Shown here: positions 55,360 through 63,606 of the stretch, piece by piece
Numbering within the stretch: position 1 is the stretch's first letter
Layout of the letters: every line of letters begins with the position of its first letter
IMG/VR virus record: IMGVR_UViG_3300012952_003952
Coordinates: 177,979 to 241,978 of that record
DNA length: 64,000 bases
Source: a virus
Lineage: Duplodnaviria; Caudoviricetes
Direction: 5' to 3' (one strand)
Program-made: the position numbers and the translations under genes
Notes under the pieces: model-generated
Told to the model about the DNA's origin: nothing
Seen by the model: the letters and a program-made list of their open reading frames with translations, nothing else
Database searches by the model: none

Positions 55360-55683
55360 AGTTGATAAATTGTGACGGAATATCTTCATAAAAGTTCCAT
55401 GTATTAGAATTTCGTAAACGTCGTAAGAAAACCATTTGGGGTCTTGAGATATTTGATTCGGCCTCCCAACAAACTTGCTCACCGTCGCTATGTCTCCATC
55501 TTGTACAAAAATTTTTCTTCCATAGAAATCATTGAAAGATGGAAAAGAAAATAAGTCTATCTCTTCATAAAGACAGATCTTGCCATCGATGTATTGAGAT
55601 CCATTAGAAAATCCATCTGGAGTGTAAACTAAGTTTCCGATTTTTATCGAAACAAGCTGACCTTTCTTTAGTTTATCGCTCAT
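55354..55683 (-). CDS. Hypothetical protein (SH3-like)
   Basis: LKKGQLV start, DIATV, YEILIHG; convergent with upstream gene. Confidence 0.55.
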   Translation of the reverse strand: MSDKLKKGQLVSIKIGNLVYTPDGFSNGSQYIDGKICLYEEIDLFSFPSFNDFYGRKIFVQDGDIATVSKFVGRPNQISQDPKWFSYDVYEILIHGTFMKIFRHNLSTL

Positions 55684-55771
55684 GGGTGGGGACCTTTAAT
55701 TAAATATCAAATTGTTTATAATCTTACTGCAGATACGTTAATATACCCAATTCAAACAACGGACAACAAAC

Positions 55772-55969
55772 ATGATAAAAATAGGTGATCGAGTTGCGAC
55801 ATTCGAAAATATGGGGCTGGAAGGCGTCGTAGTAAAAATGCGTCAAGAAAAAAGCAATCAGTGGATGGTTGGCGGAGCTATGTCAGCAATATTCATAGCT
55901 ACTGTTAGACTAGATAAAGATAATACTGAGTTTGAGATTAGGGCTGATAAATTGATGAGATTAGAATGA
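55772..55969 (+). CDS. Hypothetical protein (SH3-like)
   Basis: IKIGDRV..F....GVVV. Confidence 0.55.
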   Translation: MIKIGDRVATFENMGLEGVVVKMRQEKSNQWMVGGAMSAIFIATVRLDKDNTEFEIRADKLMRLE

Positions 55970-56262
55970 TTAATCAACTAGAATTTCTTTTTTCAAGTCT
56001 AAAATCTATTAGTAGAGATACCGCTATGCTAGAAATGTTTGATTGGAATGAAGAAAATCTAGAGAAATTTAATCAAGAAGTTGCTCATGCGTTGACCCTT
56101 CACGAAATGTCTAGTCCAAAAGCTTTAGTAGATTTTTTAATAGCTACAGCTGAACCATACACTATAGATTATATGAAAGAAGAACTAAAGAATGTAATGG
56201 AAGAATTAGTTGAACATTCTCTTATCGAAGTAAATAATTTACATGAAGGTGGAGATAACTAA
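55966..56262 (+). CDS. Hypothetical protein
   Basis: ATGA-coupled ORF. Confidence 0.55.
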   Translation: MINQLEFLFSSLKSISRDTAMLEMFDWNEENLEKFNQEVAHALTLHEMSSPKALVDFLIATAEPYTIDYMKEELKNVMEELVEHSLIEVNNLHEGGDN

Positions 56263-57110
56263 TGAAGAAAAATTTAGATGAAAGTGGTAAAAGAGTAGTA
56301 CTGCATAAGTTTGAAAAACTAAAAGAAACTACAAGAGAAAAATCTCCAGAAGATAAGCTGGCTATTGTGTTAGATTTGGAAACTACTGGGCTTTCTAAAG
56401 ATCACGACGAAATAATCGAAATTGCATTCCGGCCGTTTTATTTCTGTACGAAAACTTTTGAGCCTACAAAATTAGCTCGAAAATTTGTCTTATATAATGA
56501 ACCAACTTCTCCAATCAGAGAAGAGATAACTGGTTTCACCGGAATAACAGATGAAATGGTAAAAGGTCAATCGGTTGACTGGGCTTGGCTGAGAAACATG
56601 CTTAATTCCGCAGATTATATTATTTGCCATAACGCTGGATTTGATCGCGGCTTCTTAGAGACTGCTCTAGAAAAATCAGGCAATCCAGCTACCGATGATG
56701 TGATTTGGGCTTGTTCTATGAAACAAGTCGACTGGATTGAGTTCTGCCGTCCCTCTAAAGCTTTGGAAGTTTTGTGCGCGTGGTCTGGCTTCTTTTACGA
56801 TTCTCATCGAGCTCATGTCGATATCGATGCTCTTCTTCATCTTTTGAGAGAAGAATCTAAGATGGAAGAACTTATTTCAAATGCTTCTACTGCAGACTAT
56901 AGAGTTTTTGCGATGAACTCTCCAAGAGAAATGAACCATCTCTTAAAGAGGCGATGGTACAGATGGGACCCTAATGTCAACATGTGGTGGAAAAACACCA
57001 GCACCCAAGAAGAAGCAGAGCAAGAAACAGAGTGGTTAAAAGATAATTTAAAAGGAGTCGAACCACAAATATTTCCCATGGAGCCGAAATATCGTTTTGC
57101 ACCCGAATAA
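56262..57110 (+). CDS. DEDDh 3'-5' exonuclease (Pol III epsilon-like)
   Basis: ExoI VLDLETTG, IIEIA, ExoII HNAGFDR, ExoIII HRAHVD. Confidence 0.9.
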   Translation: MKKNLDESGKRVVLHKFEKLKETTREKSPEDKLAIVLDLETTGLSKDHDEIIEIAFRPFYFCTKTFEPTKLARKFVLYNEPTSPIREEITGFTGITDEMVKGQSVDWAWLRNMLNSADYIICHNAGFDRGFLETALEKSGNPATDDVIWACSMKQVDWIEFCRPSKALEVLCAWSGFFYDSHRAHVDIDALLHLLREESKMEELISNASTADYRVFAMNSPREMNHLLKRRWYRWDPNVNMWWKNTSTQEEAEQETEWLKDNLKGVEPQIFPMEPKYRFAPE

Positions 57111-57130
57111 TTACTGTAGAGGTGTAAAAA

Positions 57131-57580
57131 ATGTCATCCACAATTACCAAGGCTACTCTTAGTGTAGTAATAAACGAAAGTGTCAAATTAAATGAAAAAG
57201 AATATGGCGCAAGACAAGAAGTAAAAATCAAAAATATTAATGAAGTTAGTCAGCGAATAGTAAACGTTCCAACTTCTCAAGTTACCATACTTCAATTAAG
57301 CTCTTCTGTAGGGCCAGGAACTTATAAGACTTCTGACCTTCAATATCTGAGAATGACTAATTTAGATAATGAAAATTGGGTTAGGCTGTCTTTTTCGTCA
57401 GGCTCAGCGAACAGATTCGACGTAAAATTAGGAGCGCTGCAAAGCTATATAGTGACTAACGCTTCTATAAGCGGATCAGCAGCTGGAGATCAATTTGGCG
57501 CTTTCGTTAATTTTGATACTTTGAAAGCCGATGCTGACACAGCTGCTTGCGATATAGAATTATTTTTAGCTTCTAAATGA
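57131..57580 (+). CDS. Hypothetical beta-rich protein (possibly structural)
   Basis: GAGGT RBS; Ser/Thr/Val-rich. Confidence 0.6.
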   Translation: MSSTITKATLSVVINESVKLNEKEYGARQEVKIKNINEVSQRIVNVPTSQVTILQLSSSVGPGTYKTSDLQYLRMTNLDNENWVRLSFSSGSANRFDVKLGALQSYIVTNASISGSAAGDQFGAFVNFDTLKADADTAACDIELFLASK

Positions 57581-57918
57581 AAAAATCAAAAAATTTGTTT
57601 AAAATATATCATAAGGTTCAATCTTTCTCTTTGGTATTGGTCTCTCTGTTTTTAGCAACACTTTTTTGGTGGTGGGTAACAACGCAGGCAGAGCCTCAAA
57701 GAATTCACACTGAAGAACTTTGCGAATGCCCAGGCACTTGCTGGGAGTAGCACGTTGATTAGCGACATAAAATCAAAATTTAAAAAAACAAAAAACAAGT
57801 ATCAAGAAAAATTTGCGATGTTTGATGAGTGGATTTTAGGGATGTCGGTTAGTGCTTGCATAATTATGATTGTGCTGGGAAGAGCCGTTAAAGACACCAC
57901 TAGGAGAAAAGACAAAAA

Positions 57919-58527
57919 ATGAATATAGGATTAGTTCCAATTTCTGCAAAGCCCTACCATCAAGGGCACCATGCTTTAGTAGAATTAGCAGCAGCTCAAA
58001 ACGACAAAGTTCTCCTTTTTGTCTCTATCTCAGACAGAAATAGAAAGGGAGAATTTGCAATTAGCGGAGCCGACATGCAAAAGATTTGGTCTGATCATTT
58101 AGAAGCTATTATGCCTTCCAACGTAGAAATAGAATATGGCGGTTCTCCAGTAAGAAAAATTTATGAATTAATCGGTGTGGTCTGTGATGAGGGTTCTCCT
58201 GACGTTTTTACAGTATATTCAGACCCGTCTGACACCGCATCAAATTACCCGCAAGCTTACAGAGAGAAATATATGGAGCCAGCTTGTAGCCTCGGACAAG
58301 TTAAATTCGCAAGTGAAGAAAACCCAGATTCAGTCACACGAGGTGTGGGAACTCCGGATATTAGCGGGACAGAGATGAGAAGCTATCTAGAGTCGGAAGA
58401 CATAACTAAATTTGCAGAGAAGCTCCCTGCAGGTGTTGACGCAAAAGCTATTTTCGATCTTCTTTCTAAAAATAATCAGAATGAATCTATTTTAAAGAAT
58501 TACGTTAGCGCTATACTGAAAATGTAA
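57919..58527 (+). CDS. Cytidylyltransferase-like (HIGH) nucleotidyltransferase
   Basis: KPYHQGH, VLLFVS..DR, ISGTEMR (KMSKS-equivalent). Confidence 0.8.
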   Translation: MNIGLVPISAKPYHQGHHALVELAAAQNDKVLLFVSISDRNRKGEFAISGADMQKIWSDHLEAIMPSNVEIEYGGSPVRKIYELIGVVCDEGSPDVFTVYSDPSDTASNYPQAYREKYMEPACSLGQVKFASEENPDSVTRGVGTPDISGTEMRSYLESEDITKFAEKLPAGVDAKAIFDLLSKNNQNESILKNYVSAILKM

Positions 58528-58552
58528 AAAAAGCTTATTTCTATGGTATAAT
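58523..58552 (+). promoter_or_regulatory. Promoter TGTAAA-N18-TATAAT upstream of tilS operon
   Basis: TGTAAA 58523-58528, TATAAT 58547-58552. Confidence 0.65.
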
Positions 58553-58569
58553 ATAGATAAATCAAGGCA

Positions 58570-58848
58570 GTGAGTATGCTTAATTTATTCGTAAAAGATT
58601 TCTATCTTAAAAACGGTTTGATTCCAGTAGAGGGCTTTTCTCAAAGAGAAATTAAATCTTTTCATGATAGACTCGAATCTCTTTCCCCGTCAGAAAAAAG
58701 GAAAGCTAAGCGAAAGTTTCGTAAATTTGTGCGTAAAATGAATATAGAAACAGGCGAACCCACAAAGAAGACTAAAAGATCAAGACGCCGTTCAGTCCAC
58801 ATGGAGATTATGCGGGAAGTTAATCGTTTGCTTGAGGAAAATAAGTGA
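58570..58848 (+). CDS. Hypothetical basic protein
   Basis: ORF after promoter. Confidence 0.55.
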   Translation: MSMLNLFVKDFYLKNGLIPVEGFSQREIKSFHDRLESLSPSEKRKAKRKFRKFVRKMNIETGEPTKKTKRSRRRSVHMEIMREVNRLLEENK

Positions 58849-59465
58849 AACAAACTAATATTCGCCTCTTAAGAAAAATTCCAAATAAAGTTATTTTAGC
58901 TTGTTCTGGAGGTTGCGACTCGATGGCAGCTTTAGATTTCTTGTTGTCAGGAAGAAAAGAAGTTGTGGTTGCTTATTTTAATCACGGCACCGAACATGGA
59001 GAAAAAGCAGAAGAGTTTGTTAAATCTTATTGCGCTGAAAGAGGTCTAGAGCTTATCCTGGGATCTTGTAAGAATCCAAAGGATAACACTCAATCTCTTG
59101 AAGAGTATTGGAGAGAAGAGCGTCTCGGCTGGCTAGAATCTGCAGCTGGTGTGTTCCGCTTACCAGTCGTTACATGTCACCATTTAGATGATGCTGCAGA
59201 GTGGTGGGTTTTTTCTTCTCTTCACGGCAAGTCTAAACTTATACCAGACATTAGAGAACCATTTCTCCGACCATTTCTTCTTACTCGAAAAGAAACCCTT
59301 AAATCCTGGAATCAAAGAAAGGGTGTTCCTTGGATTGAAGATCCGTCTAATGAAAAAACAGAATTTATGAGAAATTATATTAGACACCAAATTATGCCGA
59401 AAGTCATGAAAGTGAATCCAGGAATTCATAAAGTGGTAGCAAGGCTGTATGAAAACTCGATATAA
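58845..59465 (+). CDS. tilS: Minimal tRNA(Ile)-lysidine synthetase (PP-loop domain only)
   Basis: ACSGGCDSMA, YFNHG, CHHLDDAAE, RPFL, WIEDPSN, RNYIRH. Confidence 0.88.
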   Translation: MKQTNIRLLRKIPNKVILACSGGCDSMAALDFLLSGRKEVVVAYFNHGTEHGEKAEEFVKSYCAERGLELILGSCKNPKDNTQSLEEYWREERLGWLESAAGVFRLPVVTCHHLDDAAEWWVFSSLHGKSKLIPDIREPFLRPFLLTRKETLKSWNQRKGVPWIEDPSNEKTEFMRNYIRHQIMPKVMKVNPGIHKVVARLYENSI

Positions 59466-59889
59466 AAAAGGTGACATCGTTCTAGCTAAGAGCGCCGCAG
59501 GAGACGGCATACTCCCAGTCCATCTCAAGCTCGTTGAGAGAATAGAAGTAAAACCATCAAAGGGCCGGACTATGGATTGGCCTGGATATAGTGGCTGGGA
59601 TTCTGTCTTGGTTTCAGCGGAAGAAATAAAATACCTGAAGCAAGAGTGGAACATTCCATACACTGAACCAGAAAAAGATTCGGTTTTTGTTTATGACTGG
59701 TGTATCTTAAAAAGAGTGAAAGAAGTTAAAGTATCTCAAAAAATTTTAAACAAATTAGCTTCTAGAAAAAAGATTAAAAGAGGAAGAAATGGCAAGAAGA
59801 AAAAAGAAAGTAGTCCGCCCGCAAAGAGAAAAAATTCTCGAATACGAAAATCTGAAAGCGGGAGAAAAAATGTGGGTCCTAACAAGTGA
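59449..59889 (+). CDS. Hypothetical protein
   Basis: YKKGDIV start; basic tail. Confidence 0.55.
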   Translation: MKTRYKKGDIVLAKSAAGDGILPVHLKLVERIEVKPSKGRTMDWPGYSGWDSVLVSAEEIKYLKQEWNIPYTEPEKDSVFVYDWCILKRVKEVKVSQKILNKLASRKKIKRGRNGKKKKESSPPAKRKNSRIRKSESGRKNVGPNK

Positions 59890-60058
59890 TATGCAAATCC
59901 TTCAAGCTGAGATAGTAGAGTTTCACCCTACTGATAATGTAGGACCAGCGGTATCGATCACGACAATTCCAGATGGAAAATATCGCACAGTCTTAGTAAA
60001 AAACTGTTTGGAAACTAAAAAAGAAGCTAAGCAGCTTAAAACAGAATTAAAAAATTAA
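59789..60058 (+). CDS. Hypothetical protein
   Basis: GAGG RBS; overlaps previous ORF. Confidence 0.5.
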   Translation: MARRKKKVVRPQREKILEYENLKAGEKMWVLTSDMQILQAEIVEFHPTDNVGPAVSITTIPDGKYRTVLVKNCLETKKEAKQLKTELKN

Positions 60059-60322
60059 TTTTAGATAGGAGAATCAATTGTATAAAGTATGCGATAGTTG
60101 TGGTGAATTATTCTTGCCGCAAGAAGAGCACAAGTATGTAGAAGGCTTTGGTTACGTTTGTTTTCTTTGTATTGAAGAAGGATTTCAATCACCAACTTCT
60201 GAAGACAGCAAAGAGGCGAAACGCTACGAAGCAAAAGAACAGATTCTTGGAAAATTTCCAAAAATTAATTTGAATTCTTGATGAAAAAAAGCTACTTTAG
60301 TATTATAATCTAAATAGGTTAA

Positions 60323-60399
60323 AGGCCCATAGCTCAATCGGTCAGAGCATTTGTCTCATAAACAAAGGGTTCCGGGTTCGAGCCCCGGTGGGCCTACCA
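60323..60399 (+). tRNA. tRNA with CAT anticodon (probably Ile2, else elongator Met)
   Basis: AGGCCCA/TGGGCCT acceptor, GCTC/GAGC D stem, TTTGT-CTCATAA-ACAAA, CCGGG-TTCGAGC-CCCGG, encoded CCA; TATAAT at 60304. Confidence 0.93.
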
Positions 60400-60418
60400 T
60401 TTTAAACAGGAGAAATAA

Positions 60419-61492
60419 ATGAACGATCCAGTCTCTCGAGCTGAGCCAATGCAACTTAGAGATATTTGGTCTAAAGAAGACGCAGACTTTACTCCATGGT
60501 TATCTTCTGATAGTGGAATGAACTGGCTTTGTCAAGACTTAGGTTTGGAGAGTCTAAAAACAGTGGGCACAGAAGTCTATACTGGAGCGTCTAAGAGAAT
60601 CGATATATTAGCAGAACTTCCCAATGGAGACCCGATTGTTATTGAAAATCAGTATTATGCTGCTGATGATAGCCACGGTTGGAGGACTATGCACTATGCT
60701 TTATGGGCTGGTGCTAAGACAGCGATTTGGATTTTTGAAAGTGTTCCCGTACACCAAGAAAGGCTTATTGAATTTATCAACAACAATACGGAAGGCTTAG
60801 ATATTATTGGAGTTTGCGCTAAGGTTCATGACGTTGGCGCATCAAAACCGACTCTTCAGTTTGAAGTTATACCTGCAAGCCAAGAAGCTCTTGAGCGCCT
60901 TCGAGGAGCAGGCGATGTAGAAGCCGAAGTAAAACCACCTTCGAATCTGCAGAATTTTTATGGAGAATATTTTCCTGGACTTCTATCAGAAACTAACTCT
61001 GTTTTGCGAAACGGAAAGCACAACAAAGGCCATGGGGGCTATGGCTGGCAGAGTTTTTGTGAGTGGAACTCCAAGCAAGGGGGGTGGATGAAGTGGCAAG
61101 CTGCTTTTAACCAGCAAAGAGGTCGGCGAGGAGAATACAGGGTGACCATTCTTTTTAATGGAGCTAACAAAGAAGCTAATCTCTCTAGGCTTGAATACTT
61201 GAAGCAAAACTCCAAAGCTCTTTTTAACGGAATCGAATTAGAATTTGACACAGACTGGAACTCTACTATTGGCAAACACGGCCAAAAAGTCCATTTTAAA
61301 TATCCTGAAGAGGTAAAATACGAAAACCTAACTTTAGAAGACTGCCAGGGTTTGGTGAATTGGACTTCTCACGTTCTAAAAAATCTAGTTAGGAACGCAA
61401 ATAAACTTGACATTAAGTCTTATCCTTCGTCAAGTTCTACTAATACTTACTCTACGAATGGAGTAAACAACCATATTTCTATTGCCCCTTAG
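60419..61492 (+). CDS. NucS/DUF91-like PD-(D/E)XK nuclease with DUF4268-like C-terminus
   Basis: LRDIW..EDADFTPWL, RIDILA, IVIENQ, AKTAIWI. Confidence 0.75.
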   Translation: MNDPVSRAEPMQLRDIWSKEDADFTPWLSSDSGMNWLCQDLGLESLKTVGTEVYTGASKRIDILAELPNGDPIVIENQYYAADDSHGWRTMHYALWAGAKTAIWIFESVPVHQERLIEFINNNTEGLDIIGVCAKVHDVGASKPTLQFEVIPASQEALERLRGAGDVEAEVKPPSNLQNFYGEYFPGLLSETNSVLRNGKHNKGHGGYGWQSFCEWNSKQGGWMKWQAAFNQQRGRRGEYRVTILFNGANKEANLSRLEYLKQNSKALFNGIELEFDTDWNSTIGKHGQKVHFKYPEEVKYENLTLEDCQGLVNWTSHVLKNLVRNANKLDIKSYPSSSSTNTYSTNGVNNHISIAP

Positions 61493-61559
61493 CTCAGTTG
61501 GTTAGAGCAGCTGACTGTTAATCAGCGGGTCCCCAGTTCGAGTCTGGGAGGGGCAGCCA
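61483..61559 (+). tRNA. tRNA-Asn (GTT)
   Basis: TGCCCCT/AGGGGCA acceptor, GCTGA-CTGTTAA-TCAGC, CCCAG-TTCGAGT-CTGGG, discriminator G, encoded CCA. Confidence 0.95.
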
Positions 61560-61573
61560 TTTTGGAGTATTCG

Positions 61574-63163
61574 ATGTGCGGATTTTTAACTTATTTTGGA
61601 AACAATATTGAAGAAAAAGATTTGGAGAACGCTTCTTTAAAAATTCAATATAGAGGTCCAGACAATACACAGCATGTAAGAGTTAATGAAAACTTGTTTA
61701 TGTCTTTTCATAGGTTGGCAATCATAGACACATCAGAAAATGGAGACCAACCTCTTCGGCATCCTGAAGACCCAAGCTTAGTTTTAGTTTGCAATGGAGA
61801 AATATATAACTACAAGCAGTTGATTGAAGACTATAATTTAAATGTGGACTCAGGATCTGATTGTGAAGTTATTCTGCATCTCTATAAAAAGTTTGGAATG
61901 AAAAAAACAGTCAGCATGCTGGACGGAGTATTCGCTTTTTGTTTATACGATACGAATAAAAACATCTTGTACGCAGCTCGAGATCCACATGGGGTTCGAC
62001 CATGCTTTCTTTTAGTAGAAGAAGATTTCTGCGCCCTCGCAAGTGAGGCTAAGTCCTTAAATCCAATTTCTACAAACGTAATCCCTTTTCAACCAGGGAC
62101 TTGGTGGTCTTCTGAGCACCCAAACGTTATGACTTCTTATTTTAATTTAGAGCATCATACAACAATAGATGTATCTGAAAAAGAAGCTTGCAGTGAAATC
62201 AAATCTCTTTTAACGAGCGCTGTCAGAAAAAGAATGATGGCTGACAGAGAGATTGGCTGTCTACTTTCAGGTGGTTTAGATTCGAGTCTAATTTCTTCTT
62301 TAGTCGCTTCTATGTGTAAAGATCCTAAGAAGCTCAAAACTTTTTCTATTGGAATGGAAGGAAGCCCTGATTTAGAATACGCTAAAAAAGTTGCAAAGCA
62401 TATTGGATCTGATCATCACAACGTTAAACTTACTCAGCAAGAATTTTTAGAAGCTATAGAAAAAGTTATCTACAACATCGAGTCTTATGACACTACAACT
62501 GTTCGTGCTTCTGTTGGGAATTATTTAGTTTCAAAATACATTAGCGAGAACACGAATGTAAAAGTAGTGTTCAATGGTGATGGAGCTGATGAAGTGTGCA
62601 TGGGCTACGTATATAATATAAATGCTCCAACTCTTGAAGATTTTCATCAAGAAAACCATCGGCTACTAAGAGAAATATATTTGTTTGATGTTTTGAGATC
62701 AGACAGGAGTATTAGCTCAAACGGCTTAGAAGCTCGAACTCCGTTTTTAGATAAGTCCTTTACTGAATACTACATGTCTATTCCGGCAAATATGAAAACT
62801 TTCGAAGGTGAAAAACCAGAAAAGTATTTGTTGAGAAAAGCCTTTGAGGGAGAAAATCTTCTGCCTGCAGAAGTTTTATGGAGAAACAAATGCGCCTTTT
62901 CAGACGGAGTTAGCAGTATTAAAAACTCTTGGCACAAAACTCTTCAAGAGTTTATAGACACCCAAGTAACTGATGAAGAGTTCGAAAAAGAAAAAAACAG
63001 ATTTGTTTCTTGCAAGCCTGTTCTGAAAGAAAGTTATTTTTATCGCAAGATATACGAAAAGCATTTCGGTAAAGAAATGAATTTAATTCCCCATTTCTGG
63101 ATGCCTAGATGGACTACAACTAACGACCCTTCAGCTAGAGAATTAGATAATTACAAAGAATAA
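61574..63163 (+). CDS. asnB: Asparagine synthetase (glutamine-hydrolysing)
   Basis: Ntn Cys (MCGF), RGPD, HRLAI, NGEIYN, LLSGGLDSS, GDGADE, LEARTPFLD, EKYLLR. Confidence 0.93.
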   Translation: MCGFLTYFGNNIEEKDLENASLKIQYRGPDNTQHVRVNENLFMSFHRLAIIDTSENGDQPLRHPEDPSLVLVCNGEIYNYKQLIEDYNLNVDSGSDCEVILHLYKKFGMKKTVSMLDGVFAFCLYDTNKNILYAARDPHGVRPCFLLVEEDFCALASEAKSLNPISTNVIPFQPGTWWSSEHPNVMTSYFNLEHHTTIDVSEKEACSEIKSLLTSAVRKRMMADREIGCLLSGGLDSSLISSLVASMCKDPKKLKTFSIGMEGSPDLEYAKKVAKHIGSDHHNVKLTQQEFLEAIEKVIYNIESYDTTTVRASVGNYLVSKYISENTNVKVVFNGDGADEVCMGYVYNINAPTLEDFHQENHRLLREIYLFDVLRSDRSISSNGLEARTPFLDKSFTEYYMSIPANMKTFEGEKPEKYLLRKAFEGENLLPAEVLWRNKCAFSDGVSSIKNSWHKTLQEFIDTQVTDEEFEKEKNRFVSCKPVLKESYFYRKIYEKHFGKEMNLIPHFWMPRWTTTNDPSARELDNYKE

Positions 63164-63221
63164 TTTATACACTTAGTGTGTTGTGGGTATATTTTGTAAA
63201 TCTACATTGAAGGAGAAGAAA

Positions 63222-63521
63222 ATGTTAGATAAAATTAAGTCAATTTTGACGAAATACAAAGTTCACGTAAGCGTTGTCGGCGGTGCTCTAGTTATTGCTA
63301 CTGTTTATGGACAATGCACGCTTGAGCCAAACGTAGAAGCGGTAGAAGAAGCGGTTGAAGAAGCTGCAACAGAAGCTGCAACAGAAGCTGCAACAGAAGC
63401 GTCTACTAATGAAGAAAAGAAGGCAGAAGTTGTAGAAGCTGATGCTGCTATCATGACTGAAGAAGCAACTAATGAAGATGCGACTACTTCTGAAGCCACT
63501 ACAGAGACCGAAGAAAATTAA
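63222..63521 (+). CDS. Membrane-anchored Ala/Glu/Thr-rich low-complexity protein
   Basis: AGGAG RBS; TM VSVVGGALVIATVYG; EAAT repeats. Confidence 0.65.
   Translation: MLDKIKSILTKYKVHVSVVGGALVIATVYGQCTLEPNVEAVEEAVEEAATEAATEAATEASTNEEKKAEVVEADAAIMTEEATNEDATTSEATTETEEN
63360..63400 (+). repeat. 12-bp tandem repeat GAAGCTGCAACA x3.4 (codes EAAT)
   Basis: Read directly from sequence. Confidence 0.9.
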
Positions 63522-63606
63522 AATAATTTTGTTTTGTGTTGAACAATAAGCGTTTTGAGTTTAAAATAAAACATAATTTACTAAACGTTCTTTAACATTG
63601 ATAATA

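Noticed and set aside
61574-63163. AsnB as part of the base-modification pathway
   Set aside because: It is over 40 kb from the cluster and has the full canonical asparagine synthetase motif set; nothing links it to DNA.
63360-63400. 12-bp tandem repeat as a regulatory or phase-variable element
   Set aside because: In-frame unit coding EAAT within a low-complexity linker; copy changes would not shift frame.
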